A stretch of DNA of 64,000 nucleotides from an uncultured Alphaproteobacteria bacterium (GTDB lineage Bacteria > Pseudomonadota > Alphaproteobacteria > ATCC43930 > CGMCC-115725), in assembly GCA_963836845.1 (NCBI GenBank), contig CAWILK010000046.1:1582-65581 (forward strand). Direction: 5' to 3'. Positions 38,300 to 48,360 of the stretch are shown piece by piece. A program made the position numbers and the translations under genes. Within the stretch, counting starts at the first letter, position 1, and each line of letters starts with the position of its first letter. The notes under the pieces are model-generated. The model made no database searches. It saw nothing but the letters and a program-made list of their open reading frames with translations, and had not been told where the DNA came from.

Positions 38300-39466
38300 A
38301 TGATCACAAAGTTCACCACCGTATATGCCGGCCACGTTGATCTGCCCGATCGCGGACAGGAGACGACCCCGGCAAACGAGCGGCGCTATTCGAACGAGCA
38401 TCTCGCGAGCGTCTTCGAGAAGACGGAAGCGATCGCCAAGAGGATGGACGCGCTCGGCTACGACACGGTGTGGCTGGCGGAGCACCATTTCCAGCACGAA
38501 GGCTACGAGTGCATCCCCAATGACCTGATGCTGGCGGTGCACCTCGCGCATGTGACCAAGCAGATCAAGATCGGCTGCGCCTTCAACATCGCGCCGATGT
38601 GGCACCCGCTGCGTCTGGCCGAGGATTTCGCGACCGCCGACATCCTGACCGGCGGCCGCACGATCTTTGGCGTGGGGCGCGGCTATCACACGCGCGAGGT
38701 CGAGACCTTCGGCGCTCCGATGCTCGACCAGAACGCCAATCGCGAGCTGTTCGAGGAGCAGGTCGAGATCATCTTCAAGGCGTTCAACGAAGAATCGTTC
38801 TCGCACAAGGGCAAATACTACACGCTGCCGCCCGAGGTCCCTTACCGCGGCTATCAGCTGAAGGAGCTGACGCTGGTGCCGCGGCCGATCCATCGGCCGG
38901 TCGAATGCTGGCAGCCGATCGTCAGCGCCAATCCGCGCGGCCTCGATTTCATGGTGAAGCACGGCATCAAGGGCGCCGTCGGCGGCGGCGCCGCGACGAT
39001 GCAGGCCGGGCCGATCACCGGCTATCGCGACGCTGCGGCACGCGCCGGCAAGGATCTGAAGCTCGGGGAGAACCTGCAGCTCGGCCTCCATCTGCACCTC
39101 GCCAAGACCCGCGAGCAGGCTATTCGCGAGATCACGCCGATCTATGAGGAGCACGTCAAAATGTTCGCCCCCCTGGGCTTTGTCCCGGGCCTGACGCAAG
39201 AGCAGGCGGCCGCGGTCGCGCGGCGTGGCGGTTGGGCCGCTGCCGGCGTGCCGACCGTCGAGCACTACATGGCGCTCGGCTCCTGGTTCGCCGGCACGCC
39301 GGAACAGCTCGTCGAGCTGCTCAAGGGGTTCGAGGAGCACTACCCCGGCATGGAGCACATCAGCCTGTCGAGCCCGATCGGCACCCCCAAGGCGATGATG
39401 CTCGAACAGATCCAATGGATCGCGGAAGAGGTCATGCCGGCCTTCAGGTCAGCCCGCCGGAATTAG
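38300..39466 (+). CDS. LLM class flavin-dependent oxidoreductase, intact
   Basis: MITKFTTVYAGHVD...LGYDTVWLAEHHFQHEGYECIPNDLMLAVHLAHVTKQIKIGCAFNIAPMWHPLRLAEDFATADILTGGRTIFGVGRGYH... is uninterrupted to the stop at 39466. Confidence 0.9.
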   Translation: MITKFTTVYAGHVDLPDRGQETTPANERRYSNEHLASVFEKTEAIAKRMDALGYDTVWLAEHHFQHEGYECIPNDLMLAVHLAHVTKQIKIGCAFNIAPMWHPLRLAEDFATADILTGGRTIFGVGRGYHTREVETFGAPMLDQNANRELFEEQVEIIFKAFNEESFSHKGKYYTLPPEVPYRGYQLKELTLVPRPIHRPVECWQPIVSANPRGLDFMVKHGIKGAVGGGAATMQAGPITGYRDAAARAGKDLKLGENLQLGLHLHLAKTREQAIREITPIYEEHVKMFAPLGFVPGLTQEQAAAVARRGGWAAAGVPTVEHYMALGSWFAGTPEQLVELLKGFEEHYPGMEHISLSSPIGTPKAMMLEQIQWIAEEVMPAFRSARRN

Positions 39467-39770
39467 CCGTTTATGCCGCGTTGGTCGTGCGTGCGTCCCT
39501 GGCTCGGCTCTGCCGACTTTCGTCTGCCTGGAGCAATGCTCAGCCGCTGAGAGGAGGTCCAAGCTGTTGCGTGCAATCCCGGCTCGAGCTGTGAAGCAGA
39601 CTACTACGATCGCATGGACGCTCGCCTTCCGGCGTTGCCGGTCTGTCTCGGATTGAGCAGGGGCCGCCAACTCTGTTCCATTGTCTAAGCTGAACTCAGC
39701 CTGCAATGGTACGTCGCATATGTCGGGCGATTTTCGGTTCGATCAAACGAGCGGTATTGGCAGTCAAGCC

Positions 39771-39905
39771 ACCCGCACGGGTTGGCGCAGTCGAATACCG
39801 GCAGGTGCTCGGGTTTCAGGTGCGGCACCCTCCAAGGTCATCGCGCCGCAGCAATAGGCATTGTCGGCATCAATCTGGACCCTAGTGTAACCGAGCGTGG
39901 CGCCC
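39771..39905 (-). pseudogene. relic fragment of a second, diverged nrdJ copy (about 45 codons)
   Basis: 39781-39900 aligns by eye at roughly 80-85% identity with nrdJ nt 41690-41810 (gttggcgcagtcgaa.acc.gcaggtgctcggg.ttcag.tgcggc...ccctccaaggtcatcgcgccgcagcaata.gc.tt). The minus strand encodes ...[36 protein letters not shown] versus nrdJ ...[36 protein letters not shown]. Confidence 0.6.
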
Positions 39906-39950
39906 GCCGGCTATTGACACTCGAAATATTCCTGATCGAATGGTTTTCGG

Positions 39951-40166
39951 ATGACCGCGGGCGAATTTGTCCGCCGGGTACAGGCCCTCGGCGCGGCCCG
40001 TGGCGTGCCGGTGCGGTTCGATAGCACCCGCGGGAAAGGCAGCCATGGCACACTCTACCTCGGCGACCGTCACACCATCGTGAAGGACAGGCGGAAGGAG
40101 TGCGGCCCTGGTCTCCTCGGCAAAATGCTTGCTGATTTGGGCTTGAGCCGTCGTGATCTGAGGTAG
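39951..40166 (+). CDS. hicA: type II toxin HicA (mRNA interferase)
   Basis: Intact 71-aa ORF: MTAGEFVRRVQALGAARGVPVRFDSTRGKGSHGTLYLGDRHTIVKDRRKE..., a HicA-like fold signature, immediately upstream of hicB. Confidence 0.85.
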   Translation: MTAGEFVRRVQALGAARGVPVRFDSTRGKGSHGTLYLGDRHTIVKDRRKECGPGLLGKMLADLGLSRRDLR

Positions 40167-40172
40167 TCAAGC

Positions 40173-40610
40173 ATGGAACGGAATTTCGAATATCCGGCCA
40201 AAATCGAACAGGACGAGGCCGGTTTTTATCTCGTGACGTTCCCGAACTTTCCTGAAGCCGCGACGGACGCCCGCTCGTTGAATGAGGCGTTAGCCGCGGC
40301 GACCGACTGCCTGGAAGAGGCCGTCGCCAGCCGCATGAAACGCGGCGAGGATATACCCGCTCCGTCACCGGCCCAGAACGGCTCGGTTATCGTCGTATTA
40401 CCGGCGCTGTACGCAATGAAAGCGGCGCTCTACGACACCATGCGCAAGGAGCGGCTCTCGGAAACCGCTCTCGCGAGCAAGCTGCACAAGGGCGAAAAGG
40501 AGGTGCGCCGGCTTCTCGATCCTTCTCACGCAACCCGAACATCAGCCATAGAAACGGCGCTGCGCGTCATCGGGCAACGCGTCCGTGTTACCGTGGAGGA
40601 TATAGGCTAG
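40173..40610 (+). CDS. hicB: type II antitoxin HicB
   Basis: Intact 145-aa ORF: FEYPAKIEQDEAGFYLVTFPNFPEAATDARSLNEALAAATDCLEEAV... plus a C-terminal DNA-binding region. Confidence 0.85.
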   Translation: MERNFEYPAKIEQDEAGFYLVTFPNFPEAATDARSLNEALAAATDCLEEAVASRMKRGEDIPAPSPAQNGSVIVVLPALYAMKAALYDTMRKERLSETALASKLHKGEKEVRRLLDPSHATRTSAIETALRVIGQRVRVTVEDIG

Positions 40611-40628
40611 TCGGGTAGCGTTGATAGC

Positions 40629-43600
40629 TTAACTACACCCGCTGGTCGCGCCGCAGGTGTCGCATTTGAGGCAGGTGCCGTTGCGGATCAGGGTGAAGTT
40701 GCCGCATTCGTCGCAGCTGTCGCCTTCGTAGCCCTTCATGCGGGCGGCGCGGATGCGTTCGAGGCGGAGGTCCCCTTCCGGCATCGGCGAGAGGGCGAGG
40801 GGGCCGTCGGTTTCGGGGTCGGAGAAGGCGAGGGCGGTGGCGCGGCCGGCGCCGCCGTCGAGCACGGTCAGCTTGTTGCGCACAAAGCCTTTGGGGGCGG
40901 CGCTCGGCGCATCAGGTTCGATTCGGCCTCGCCCTTGCCGACCGTGTCGGGCATCAGATCGCCGGGCTGGACATGGGCGAGGTCGCCGCGGTCGAGATAG
41001 GAGATCGCCAATTCGCGGAACAGGTAGTCGAGGATCGAGGTCGCCATCTTGATCGCGTCGTTGCCCTCGACGATCCCCGACGGCTCGAACCGGGTGAAGG
41101 TGAAGGCCTCGACAAACTCCTCCAACGGCACGCCGTATTGCAGGCCGATCGAGATCGCGATCGCGAAATTGTTCATCAAGGAGCGGAAGGCGGCACCCTC
41201 CTTGTGCATGTCGATGAAGACCTCGCCGAGCCCGCCGTCTTCGTATTCGCCGGTCCGCAGATAGACCTTGTGGCCGCCGACCACCGCCTTCTGGGTGTAG
41301 CCCTTGCGGCGGCTCGGCAGCCGCCGGCGGTCGCCGCGGCTGACGACGCGTTCGATGACCCGCTCGACGACGCGTTCGACGATCCGCTCGGCGACGAGCG
41401 GCGCGCGCGCCGCCGGCGATTGATCGAAGAGCTCCTCGGCTTCCTCGTCGTCGCCAAAAAGGCTCGAGGCCAGAGGCTGCGACAGCTTCGAGCCGTCGCG
41501 GTAGAGCGCGGTCGCCTTGAGGCCGAGGCGCCAGGACAGCATGTAGGCGTTCTTGCAGTCCTCGACCGTGGCGCCGTTCGGCATGTTGATCGTCTTGGAG
41601 ATCGCCCCCGAGATGAAGGGCTGGGCCGCCGCCAGCATCCGGATGTGGCTGTCGACCGACAATGCGCGGCGGCCGATGCGGCCGCACGGGTTGGCGCAGT
41701 CGAACACCGCCAGGTGCTCGGGCTTCAGATGCGGCGCGCCCTCCAAGGTCATCGCGCCGCAGCAATAAGCGTTGGCAGCGTCGATCTCGGCCCGGGCGAA
41801 GCCGAGCGCCGCCAACAGATCGAAGGCCGGATCATCGAGCGCGCCCGGCGCGATCCCCAGGCCTTCAATGCAAAACTCCTCGCCGAGCGTCCATTTGTTG
41901 AACGCGAATTTGATGTCGAAAGCGGAGGCGAGCGCCGCCTCGGCGGCGGCGAGCGACTGCGTCGTCGAAGCCCTTTTCCCGCAGGCTCTCGTGGTTGATG
42001 CCGGGCGCCCCGGCGAGCGTCCCGCGGCCCAACGCATAGCGCTCGATCGCGGCGATCTCGTTCGGCGCTCGTAGCCGAGTGTCGTCAATGCCTGCGGCAC
42101 CGCGCGGTTGATGATCTTGAAATAGCCGCCGCCGGCGAGCTTCTTGAATTTGACGAGCGCGAAATCGGGCTCGATCCCGGTCGTGTCGCAATCCATGACG
42201 AGCCCGATCGTGCCGGTCGGCGCGATCACCGTCGCCTGGGCGTTGCGGAAGCCGTGCTTCTCGCCGAGCGCCAGCGCCGTGTCCCAGCTGCGCCGCGCCG
42301 CCGCGGCGAGCTCCGGGTCGGGGCAGTTCGCCGCGTCGAGCGGCACCGGCGGGATCGACAGCCCCTCGTATTCTTCGCCCTCTCCGCCCTTAAGGGGGGA
42401 GAGGGAGGGGCCCGCGCGAAGCGTGGGAGGGTGAGGTGGGCGTCCGCCGTCGCTCGCAGCGCGTCGCCCCCACCTCACCCCGACCCTCTCCCCCCCGAGG
42501 GGCGGAGAGGGAGAGGTCTGCGGGGGCGGAGAGGGAGGAGGGGACCCGTGGGCGGCGCGGCGGTGGTTGCGGATGACCCGCAGCATCGCCTCGCGGTTCT
42601 CGGCAAAGCCGGGGAAGCGGGCCGAGCTCGCCCGCCATTTCGGCGGAGGCGGCATAGCTCGCGCCGGTCATCAATGCGGTGACCGCGCCGCCGAGCGCGC
42701 GGCCGGCGTCGCTGTCATAGGGGATGCCCATCGACATCAACAGCCCGCCGAGATTGGCGTAGCCGAGCCCCAAGGTGCGGAAATCGTAGGAGCGGCGCGC
42801 GATCTCCTTCGACGGGAACTGCGCCATCAGCACCGAGATTTCGAGGACGATCGTCCACAGCCGCACCGCATGCTCGAAGCCGGCGACATCGAAGCTCCCA
42901 TCCGCCCGGCGGAACGCCATCAGGTTGAGCGAGGCGAGGTTGCACGCCGTGTCGTCGAGGAAATTGTATTCCGAGCACGGGTTGGAGGCGTTGATCCGGC
43001 CGCTCGCGGGGCAGGTGTGCCATTCGTTGATCGTCGTGTCGAACTGCAGCCCGGGATCGGCCGAGGCCCAGGCGGCGTGGCCGATCTGCTCCCACAGATC
43101 GCGCGCCCGCAGGGTCTTGGCGACCTTGCCGTCGGTGCGGCGGGTCAATTCCCAGGCGCCGTCATGAAGGACACGTTCGAGAAAATCGTTCGAGACCCGC
43201 ACCGAATTGTTCGAGTTCTGTCCGGCTACGGTGACATAGGCCTCGGATTCCCAATCGGTGTCGTAGGTGCGGAACGCGATCGCGGTGTAGCCCTGGCGTG
43301 CGAACTGGATCACCCGCTGGATGTAGCTTTCCGGGATCATCGCCCGGCGGGCGGCGCGGATCTCCCGCTTCAGCGCCGGATTTGCCGCCGGATCGGCCCC
43401 GTCGCGGCAGGCCGCCATGATCAGGTTCAGGTGGCGGGCGGCGAGCCGCGAGCCCGGCGACGAGCGAGGCGACCTTCTGCTCCTCGACGACCTTCCAGTC
43501 GATAAAGGCCTCGATGTCGGGGTGGTCGATGTCGACAATCACCATCTTGGCGGCGCGCCGCGTCGTGCCGCCGGATTTGATCGCGCCGGCGGCGCGGTCG

Positions 43601-44396
43601 CCGATCCGCAGAAAGCTCATCAGCCCCGAGGAGCGGCCGCCGCCCGACAGCGGCTCGCCGTCGCCGCGAATCTTCGAGAAGTTCGAGCCCGAGCCGGAGC
43701 CGTATTTGAAGAGCCGCGCCTCGCGCACCCAGAGGTCCATGATGCCGCCCTCGTTGACGAGGTCGTCGGCGACCGACTGGATGAAGCAGGCATGCGGCTG
43801 CGGATGCTCGTAGGCGCTGCCCGAGGCGTGCAGCTCGCCGGTCTGGTGATCGACGTAGAAATGGCCTTGCGACGGGCCGTCGATGCCGTAGGCCCAGTAG
43901 AGCCCGGTGTTGAACCATTGCGGCGAGTTGGGCGCGCCGATCTGGCGCGCCAGCATCAGCCGGATCTCGTCGTAAAAGGCGCAGGCGTCCTCCTCGGCGT
44001 CGAAATAGCCGCCCTTCCAGCCCCAATAGGTCCAGGTCCCGGCCATCCGGTCGAAGACCTGCCGGGCGCTTGTTTCACCGCCGTGACGGGCGCTCTCGGC
44101 CAGCGCCGCGAGACCCGCCCCCCGCCTTCGCAGGCGTCGGCGGTGCGCCGCCACAGCCAGGGCGGAAGGCCCTGTTCCGCAACCGGCGCCAAGCGCGCGG
44201 GCACACCGGCTTTGCGGAAGTATTTCTGCGCAAGGATGTCGCAGGCCACCTGGCTCCACTCGGCCGGGACCTCAATTCCCTCGGCCTGGAAGACGACCGA
44301 GCCGTCGGGGTTGCGGATCTCGCTGCTGGCGGTCCGGAACGGAACCGCCGCGTAAGGATCCTTGCCGGCAATCGTAAAGCGACGCGTGATCTGCAT
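40629..44396 (-). CDS. nrdJ: adenosylcobalamin-dependent (class II) ribonucleoside-diphosphate reductase NrdJ, about 6 apparent frameshifts and one in-frame repeat insertion
   Basis: ORFs 43956..44396, 43162..44259, 42390..43538, 40868..42655 and 40629..41765 tile NrdJ: [21 protein letters not shown]... / ...[15 protein letters not shown]...ACFIQSV...[13 protein letters not shown] / ...[22 protein letters not shown] / ...[36 protein letters not shown]...ISKTINMPN...ALYRDGSK / ...C-terminal [28 protein letters not shown]. Confidence 0.9.
42371..42544. repeat. GC-rich composite palindromic (REP-like) element, copy E3, inside the nrdJ reading frame
   Basis: CCCTCTCCGCCCTTAAGGGGGGAGAGGGAGGGG...GGGAGGGTGAGGTGGG...CCCCCACCTCACCCCGACCCTCTCCCCCCCGAGGGGCGGAGAGGGAGAGG. 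It shares end and internal boxes, in the same orientation, with intergenic copy E5 (48218-48360). Confidence 0.65.
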
Positions 44397-44430
44397 TCTT
44401 GTCTCCGTTGCCGGCGACCTGCCGTATACC

Positions 44431-44478
44431 CGACCAGATCTAGTTGCTCATCACAACGATTTCACCCACATATAGCCT
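44431..44478 (-). promoter_or_regulatory. possible tandem NrdR boxes upstream of nrdJ
   Basis: The minus strand has aggCTATATgTgGgtg (44478..44463) and caaCTAgATcTgGtcg (44446..44431), each a roughly 9-10/16 match to acaCwAtATaTwGtgt. The starts are 32 bp apart, about 3 helical turns. Confidence 0.3.
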
Positions 44479-44604
44479 ATCCAAAGGGTGTCGACAACGT
44501 AATTTGTGGCTGTCGGACCATGGCGACACCACATGTTGCGGGTTTGCAACGCGCCGGCGGGGCTTTACGCCCGGCGGGAAGCGGTGCAATAAACCCGCTC
44601 GGCG

Positions 44605-45001
44605 ATGGCGAAGGCAGGGATGGAGGCGATGACGCTCGGCACGCGTCTGTTGACTTGGCTCCGCGGCGAGCTGGTCGGGACAGACAGCTTCGGCAACCGC
44701 TATTACCGCGAGAGGGCAGCCGGCCGCTGCGACGCGGCGGCGGCCGGCCAGCCGCGAGAAGCGCTGGGTGATCTACAATGGCGAGCCGGAGGCGTCGAAG
44801 GTGCCGTCGGAATGGCATGCCTGGCTGCATCACACGATCGACGAGCTGCCGAGGCCCGACCGCCCGCGCTATCCCTGGGAAAAACCGCATCAGCCGAACA
44901 TGACCGGCACGCCCTACGCCTATCACCCGCCGGGCTCGATCCTGCGCGGCGGGCGTCGCTCCCGGGCGACCGGGGATTACGAGCCGTGGACACCCGAATA
45001 G
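44605..45001 (+). CDS. NADH:ubiquinone oxidoreductase subunit NDUFA12 family protein, one apparent frameshift near 44750
   Basis: ...MTLGTRLLTWLRGELVGTDSFGNRYYRER joins ORF 44768..45001 (...WVIYNGEPEASKVPSEWHAWLHHTIDELP...HQPNMTGTPYAYHPPGS...YEPWTPE*). Confidence 0.8.
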
Positions 45002-45017
45002 CGCGGCAGCCCCGATC

Positions 45018-45512
45018 ATGACCGGAAATGTGATCGAGACCGTGATGGGCGGAGTGGTGCTGGTCGTCGCGGCGCTGTTCCTGTTCTTCGCCTACACGAC
45101 GAGCCAGGTCCGGGCGGTGCAGGGCTACCAGGTGACCGCGCAATTCGACCGGGTCGACGGGATCCGCGACGGCAGCGACGTCCGCATCGCCGGGGTCAAG
45201 GTCGGCTCGATCCTGTCGGAAAAGCTCAATCCGAAGACGTTTCTCGCCACGCTCAGCATGAGCATCGATCCGAGCTACAAGCTGCCGGACGATACGGTCG
45301 CGGAGATCGTTTCGGCGGGGCTGCTGGGCGACAGATACGTCGCGCTGGTGCCCGGCGGCTCGGAGCAGATGATCCCGGCCGGCGGGCAGATCAAATACAC
45401 CCAGTCCCCGGTCAGCCTCGAAAACCTGATCGGCCAGATGATCTTTTCGCAGCCGGGCGGTCAGAAAAAGCCGGGCGAGGGTGGCGAAGCGCCGCCGGCC
45501 CCTCCAAAATAG
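45018..45512 (+). CDS. mlaD: outer-membrane lipid asymmetry maintenance protein MlaD, intact
   Basis: 164-aa ORF with an N-terminal TM (VMGGVVLVVAALFLFFAY) and an MCE domain ...YQVTAQFDRVDGIRDGSDVRIAGVKVGSI...TVAEIVSAGLLGDRYVALVPG. Confidence 0.85.
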   Translation: MTGNVIETVMGGVVLVVAALFLFFAYTTSQVRAVQGYQVTAQFDRVDGIRDGSDVRIAGVKVGSILSEKLNPKTFLATLSMSIDPSYKLPDDTVAEIVSAGLLGDRYVALVPGGSEQMIPAGGQIKYTQSPVSLENLIGQMIFSQPGGQKKPGEGGEAPPAPPK

Positions 45513-45520
45513 AGGACGCT

Positions 45521-45745
45521 ATGTCCGACAGCGAAGCGGTCGATTTCCCGGTCTGGCGCACGCCTGAAGGCGAGCCCGTCTCGTGCGTCGAAAAGATCAA
45601 GGTGCTGAACGAGAACCTCGCGGAATTGCGCGAGCTCGCCCAGGAAGCGCTCGAAGACGCGGTATTGATGGGCTGCGACGAGGTACAGGTGCGCGAGGTG
45701 CTGACCGGGCTCGTCGGCAGCATCGTCAATCCCTACCGCAAGTGA
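45521..45745 (+). CDS. hypothetical small acidic protein (74 aa), intact
   Basis: MSDSEAVDFPVWRTPEGEPVSCVEKIKVLNENLAELRELAQEALEDAVLMGCDEVQVREVL... starts 9 nt after the mlaD stop. No family recognised. Confidence 0.5.
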   Translation: MSDSEAVDFPVWRTPEGEPVSCVEKIKVLNENLAELRELAQEALEDAVLMGCDEVQVREVLTGLVGSIVNPYRK

Positions 45746-45747
45746 GC

Positions 45748-45858
45748 GCCCCTCACCCTCCCGCTGGCGCGGGCCCCTCCCTCTCCCCGCAAGCGGGGCG
45801 AGGGGATACAAGCGCTCTCCCTCGCCCCGCTTGCGGGGAGAGGGTCGGGGTGAGGGGG
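45748..45858. repeat. GC-rich palindromic (REP-like) element, copy E4 (two units head to head)
   Basis: CCCCTCACCC...CCCTCTCCCCGCAAGCGGGGCGAGGGG-atacaagcg-CTCTCCCTCGCCCCGCTTGCGGGGAGAGGGTCGGGGTGAGGGG is a long imperfect palindrome. Confidence 0.65.
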
Positions 45859-46272
45859 CTGCTCGGTGCGGCGCTTCTGGCGATCGCGCTGACGGTCCCG
45901 GCTGCCGCGGAAACGACCCCGGAGCCGGTAGCGGAGTTGCAGGGCCTCGACAAGATCACCGCGCGCGTCTCGAAATTCGAGGCGCCGGTCGATGCGCCGG
46001 TGCGGTTCGGCACCTTGTCGGTCCGGGTCCGCGACTGCGAAAGAAGCCCGCCCGAGGAGACGCCGGAGAGCGCGGCCTTTGTCGAGATCGACGAGACGCG
46101 CCCGGGCGAAGCCACGGCAAGACGCGTGTTCAGCGGCTGGATGTTCGCCTCGAGCCCGGCGTTGTCGGCGCTGGAGCACCCGGTCTACGACGTCAACCTG
46201 CTCGACTGCAGGGCGGCGAGCGGGTCGCGGGAGAGCGCTTCCGGCAGCTCGGCGGGGAAGACTGCCCGGTAG
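45850..46272 (+). CDS. DUF2155 domain-containing periplasmic protein
   Basis: A GTG start gives (M)[25 protein letters not shown] (signal), then ...[54 protein letters not shown]...[28 protein letters not shown]. The 3' end is uncertain (convergent overlap with aat). Confidence 0.65.
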   Translation: MRGLLGAALLAIALTVPAAAETTPEPVAELQGLDKITARVSKFEAPVDAPVRFGTLSVRVRDCERSPPEETPESAAFVEIDETRPGEATARRVFSGWMFASSPALSALEHPVYDVNLLDCRAASGSRESASGSSAGKTAR

Positions 46273-46845
46273 GCGAGCGCCTCGGCGAGCAGGCGGCGGT
46301 AGCGGGCGCGGCTGATTTCGACGCCGCCGAATTGCGCCAGATGCGGGGTCAGGAACTGGGTGTCGAGCAGGCGGTAGCCGCCGAGCCGCAGCCGGGCCGC
46401 CAGATGGACGAGGGCGGCCTTGCTCGCGTCGGTGGCGCGGCTGAACATGCTTTCACCGAAGAAGGCAGCTCCCAACGAGACGCCGTAGAGCCCGCCGACC
46501 AGCTCACCGCCGAACCACGCTTCGACGCTGTGCGCCGCCCCGCGGGCGAACAGCGCCGAATAGAGCTGCACGATCTCATCGTTGATCCAGGTATTGGGGC
46601 GCTTTTCGGTCGCCTCGGCGCAGCCGCTGCATGACCTCGCCGAAGGCGGTGTCGCAGCGGATTTCGAAGGCGCTGTGCCGCACCACGCGGCGGAGCCGGT
46701 GCGGCACGTGAAATCCGTCGAGCGGCAGGATGCCGCGGCGCCGCGGATCGACCCAGAACAGCTCGGGGTCGTCGGCCAATTCGGCCATCGGGAAGACCCC
46801 CGCGGCGTAGGCCGCGAGCAACAGGTCGGGGGTCAGCCGCAGCAC
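46185..46845 (-). CDS. aat: leucyl/phenylalanyl-tRNA--protein transferase, one apparent frameshift near 46600
   Basis: ORF 46576..46899 (...[50 protein letters not shown]...) joins ORF 46185..46571 (...[42 protein letters not shown]...[15 protein letters not shown]). GTG 46845 is the proposed start. Confidence 0.8.
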
Positions 46846-46858
46846 GGCTCGAATGCCG

Positions 46859-48206
46859 TCACCCCCGGTCTCCGACAAACCGCTCCAGCCAATGGACATC
46901 GTAATCGCCGTCGATGAACTCGGCGGCGGCGGCGAGGCGCTGATGCAGCGGGATCGTCGTCTCGATGCCGCCGATCACATACTCGTCGAGCGCGCGGCGC
47001 AGGCGCATCAGGCATTCGTTGCGGCTCTTGCCGTGGACGATCAGCTTGGAGATCAGGCTGTCGTAATGGGGCGGCACCTGGTAACCTTGGTAGAGCGCGC
47101 TGTCGACGCGCACCCCGAGGCCGCCCGGGGCATGGTAATCGGTCACCCGGCCGGGGGAGGGCAGGAAGGTCTGCGGGTCCTCGGCATTGATCCGGCATTC
47201 GATGGCGTGGCCGCACAGCCTGATATCCGATTGGCAATAGCCGAGCGGCGCGCCGGCGGCGATGCGGAGCTGCTCACAGACGATATCGATGCCGCTGACC
47301 ATCTCGGTGATCGGGTGCTCGACCTGCAGGCGGGTGTTCATCTCGATGAAAAAGAATTCGCCGTCCTGATATAGGAATTCGAGCGTGCCGGCGCTCTTGT
47401 AGCCGAGCTCGCGCAGCGCCGCGACGGCGAGCGCGCCGAGCTGATCGCGCTCCTCGCAATTCAACGCCGGGGAGGGGGTTTCCTCGAGCAATTTCTGGTG
47501 CGATCGCTGCAGCGAGCAGTCGCGCTCGCCGAGCTGGATGATCCCGCCCTGGCCGTCGCCGAGGATCTGGATCTCGATGTGCCGCGGCCGCTCCAGATGG
47601 CGTTCGAGATAGACCTCGCCGCTGCCGAAGAACGACATCGCCTCGTTCTGCGCAATCGGCAGCAGCCGGGCGAGCTCGGCGGGGTTGCGCGCCACCTTCA
47701 TGCCGCGCCCGCCGCCGCCCGCGGCGGCTTTGATCAGCACCGGGTAGCCGATGTCGCGAGGCCGCCGCCTCGGCCGCTGCCGCATCGCGCACCGCGCCGG
47801 CCGAGCCCGGCACGGTCGGGATGCCGAGCTGGCGCGCGGCCGCTTTGGCGGTCACCTTGTTGCCCATCAGCCGGATGTGCTCGGGGCGCGGGCCGATAAA
47901 GGCGAACCCATGCTCTTCGACCGTGGCGGCGAAATCGGCGTCTTCGGCGAGAAAGCCGAGACCCGGATGGATCGCGTCCGCGCCGGTGATCGCCGCGGCG
48001 GAGAGGATCGCCGCCACGTTGAGATAGCTGTCGCGGGCGGGCGGCGGCCCGATGCAGACGGTCTCGTCGGCCAGCCGCACATTCATCGCATCGGCATCCG
48101 CGGTCGAATGCACGGCGACGGTCTTGATCCCCATCTCGCGGCAGGCGCGATGGATCCGCAGCGCGATCTCGCCGCGATTGGCGATCAAAACCTTTTCGAA
48201 CATCAC
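46859..48206 (-). CDS. accC: acetyl-CoA carboxylase biotin carboxylase subunit, one apparent frameshift near 47760
   Basis: [41 protein letters not shown]... (ORF 47274..48206) joins ORF 46859..47785 (...[20 protein letters not shown]...[22 protein letters not shown]...ECRINAEDP...). Confidence 0.9.
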
Positions 48207-48217
48207 TGCGCAATACG

Positions 48218-48360
48218 CCCTCTCCGCCCTTTAGGGGGGAGAGGGAGGGGACCCGTCGCGTCGAGCGGCGGGGAGGGTGAGGTGGGTTGGGCCGTTCGCG
48301 ACGGCGGCTCCCCCCGCCTCACCCCGACCCTCTCCACCCCCAGGGGTGGAGAGGGAGAAG
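48218..48360. repeat. GC-rich composite palindromic (REP-like) element, copy E5
   Basis: CCCTCTCCGCCCTTTAGGGGGGAGAGGGAGGGGACCC...GGGAGGGTGAGGTGGG...CCGCCTCACCCCGACCCTCTCCACCCCCAGGGGTGGAGAGGGAGAAG lies immediately upstream of accC. Confidence 0.65.

Noticed and set aside
44397-44604. Cobalamin riboswitch upstream of the B12-dependent nrdJ.
   Set aside because: I found no B12-box-like core or the extended conserved helices in the 200-nt leader. Only weak NrdR-like boxes were seen.
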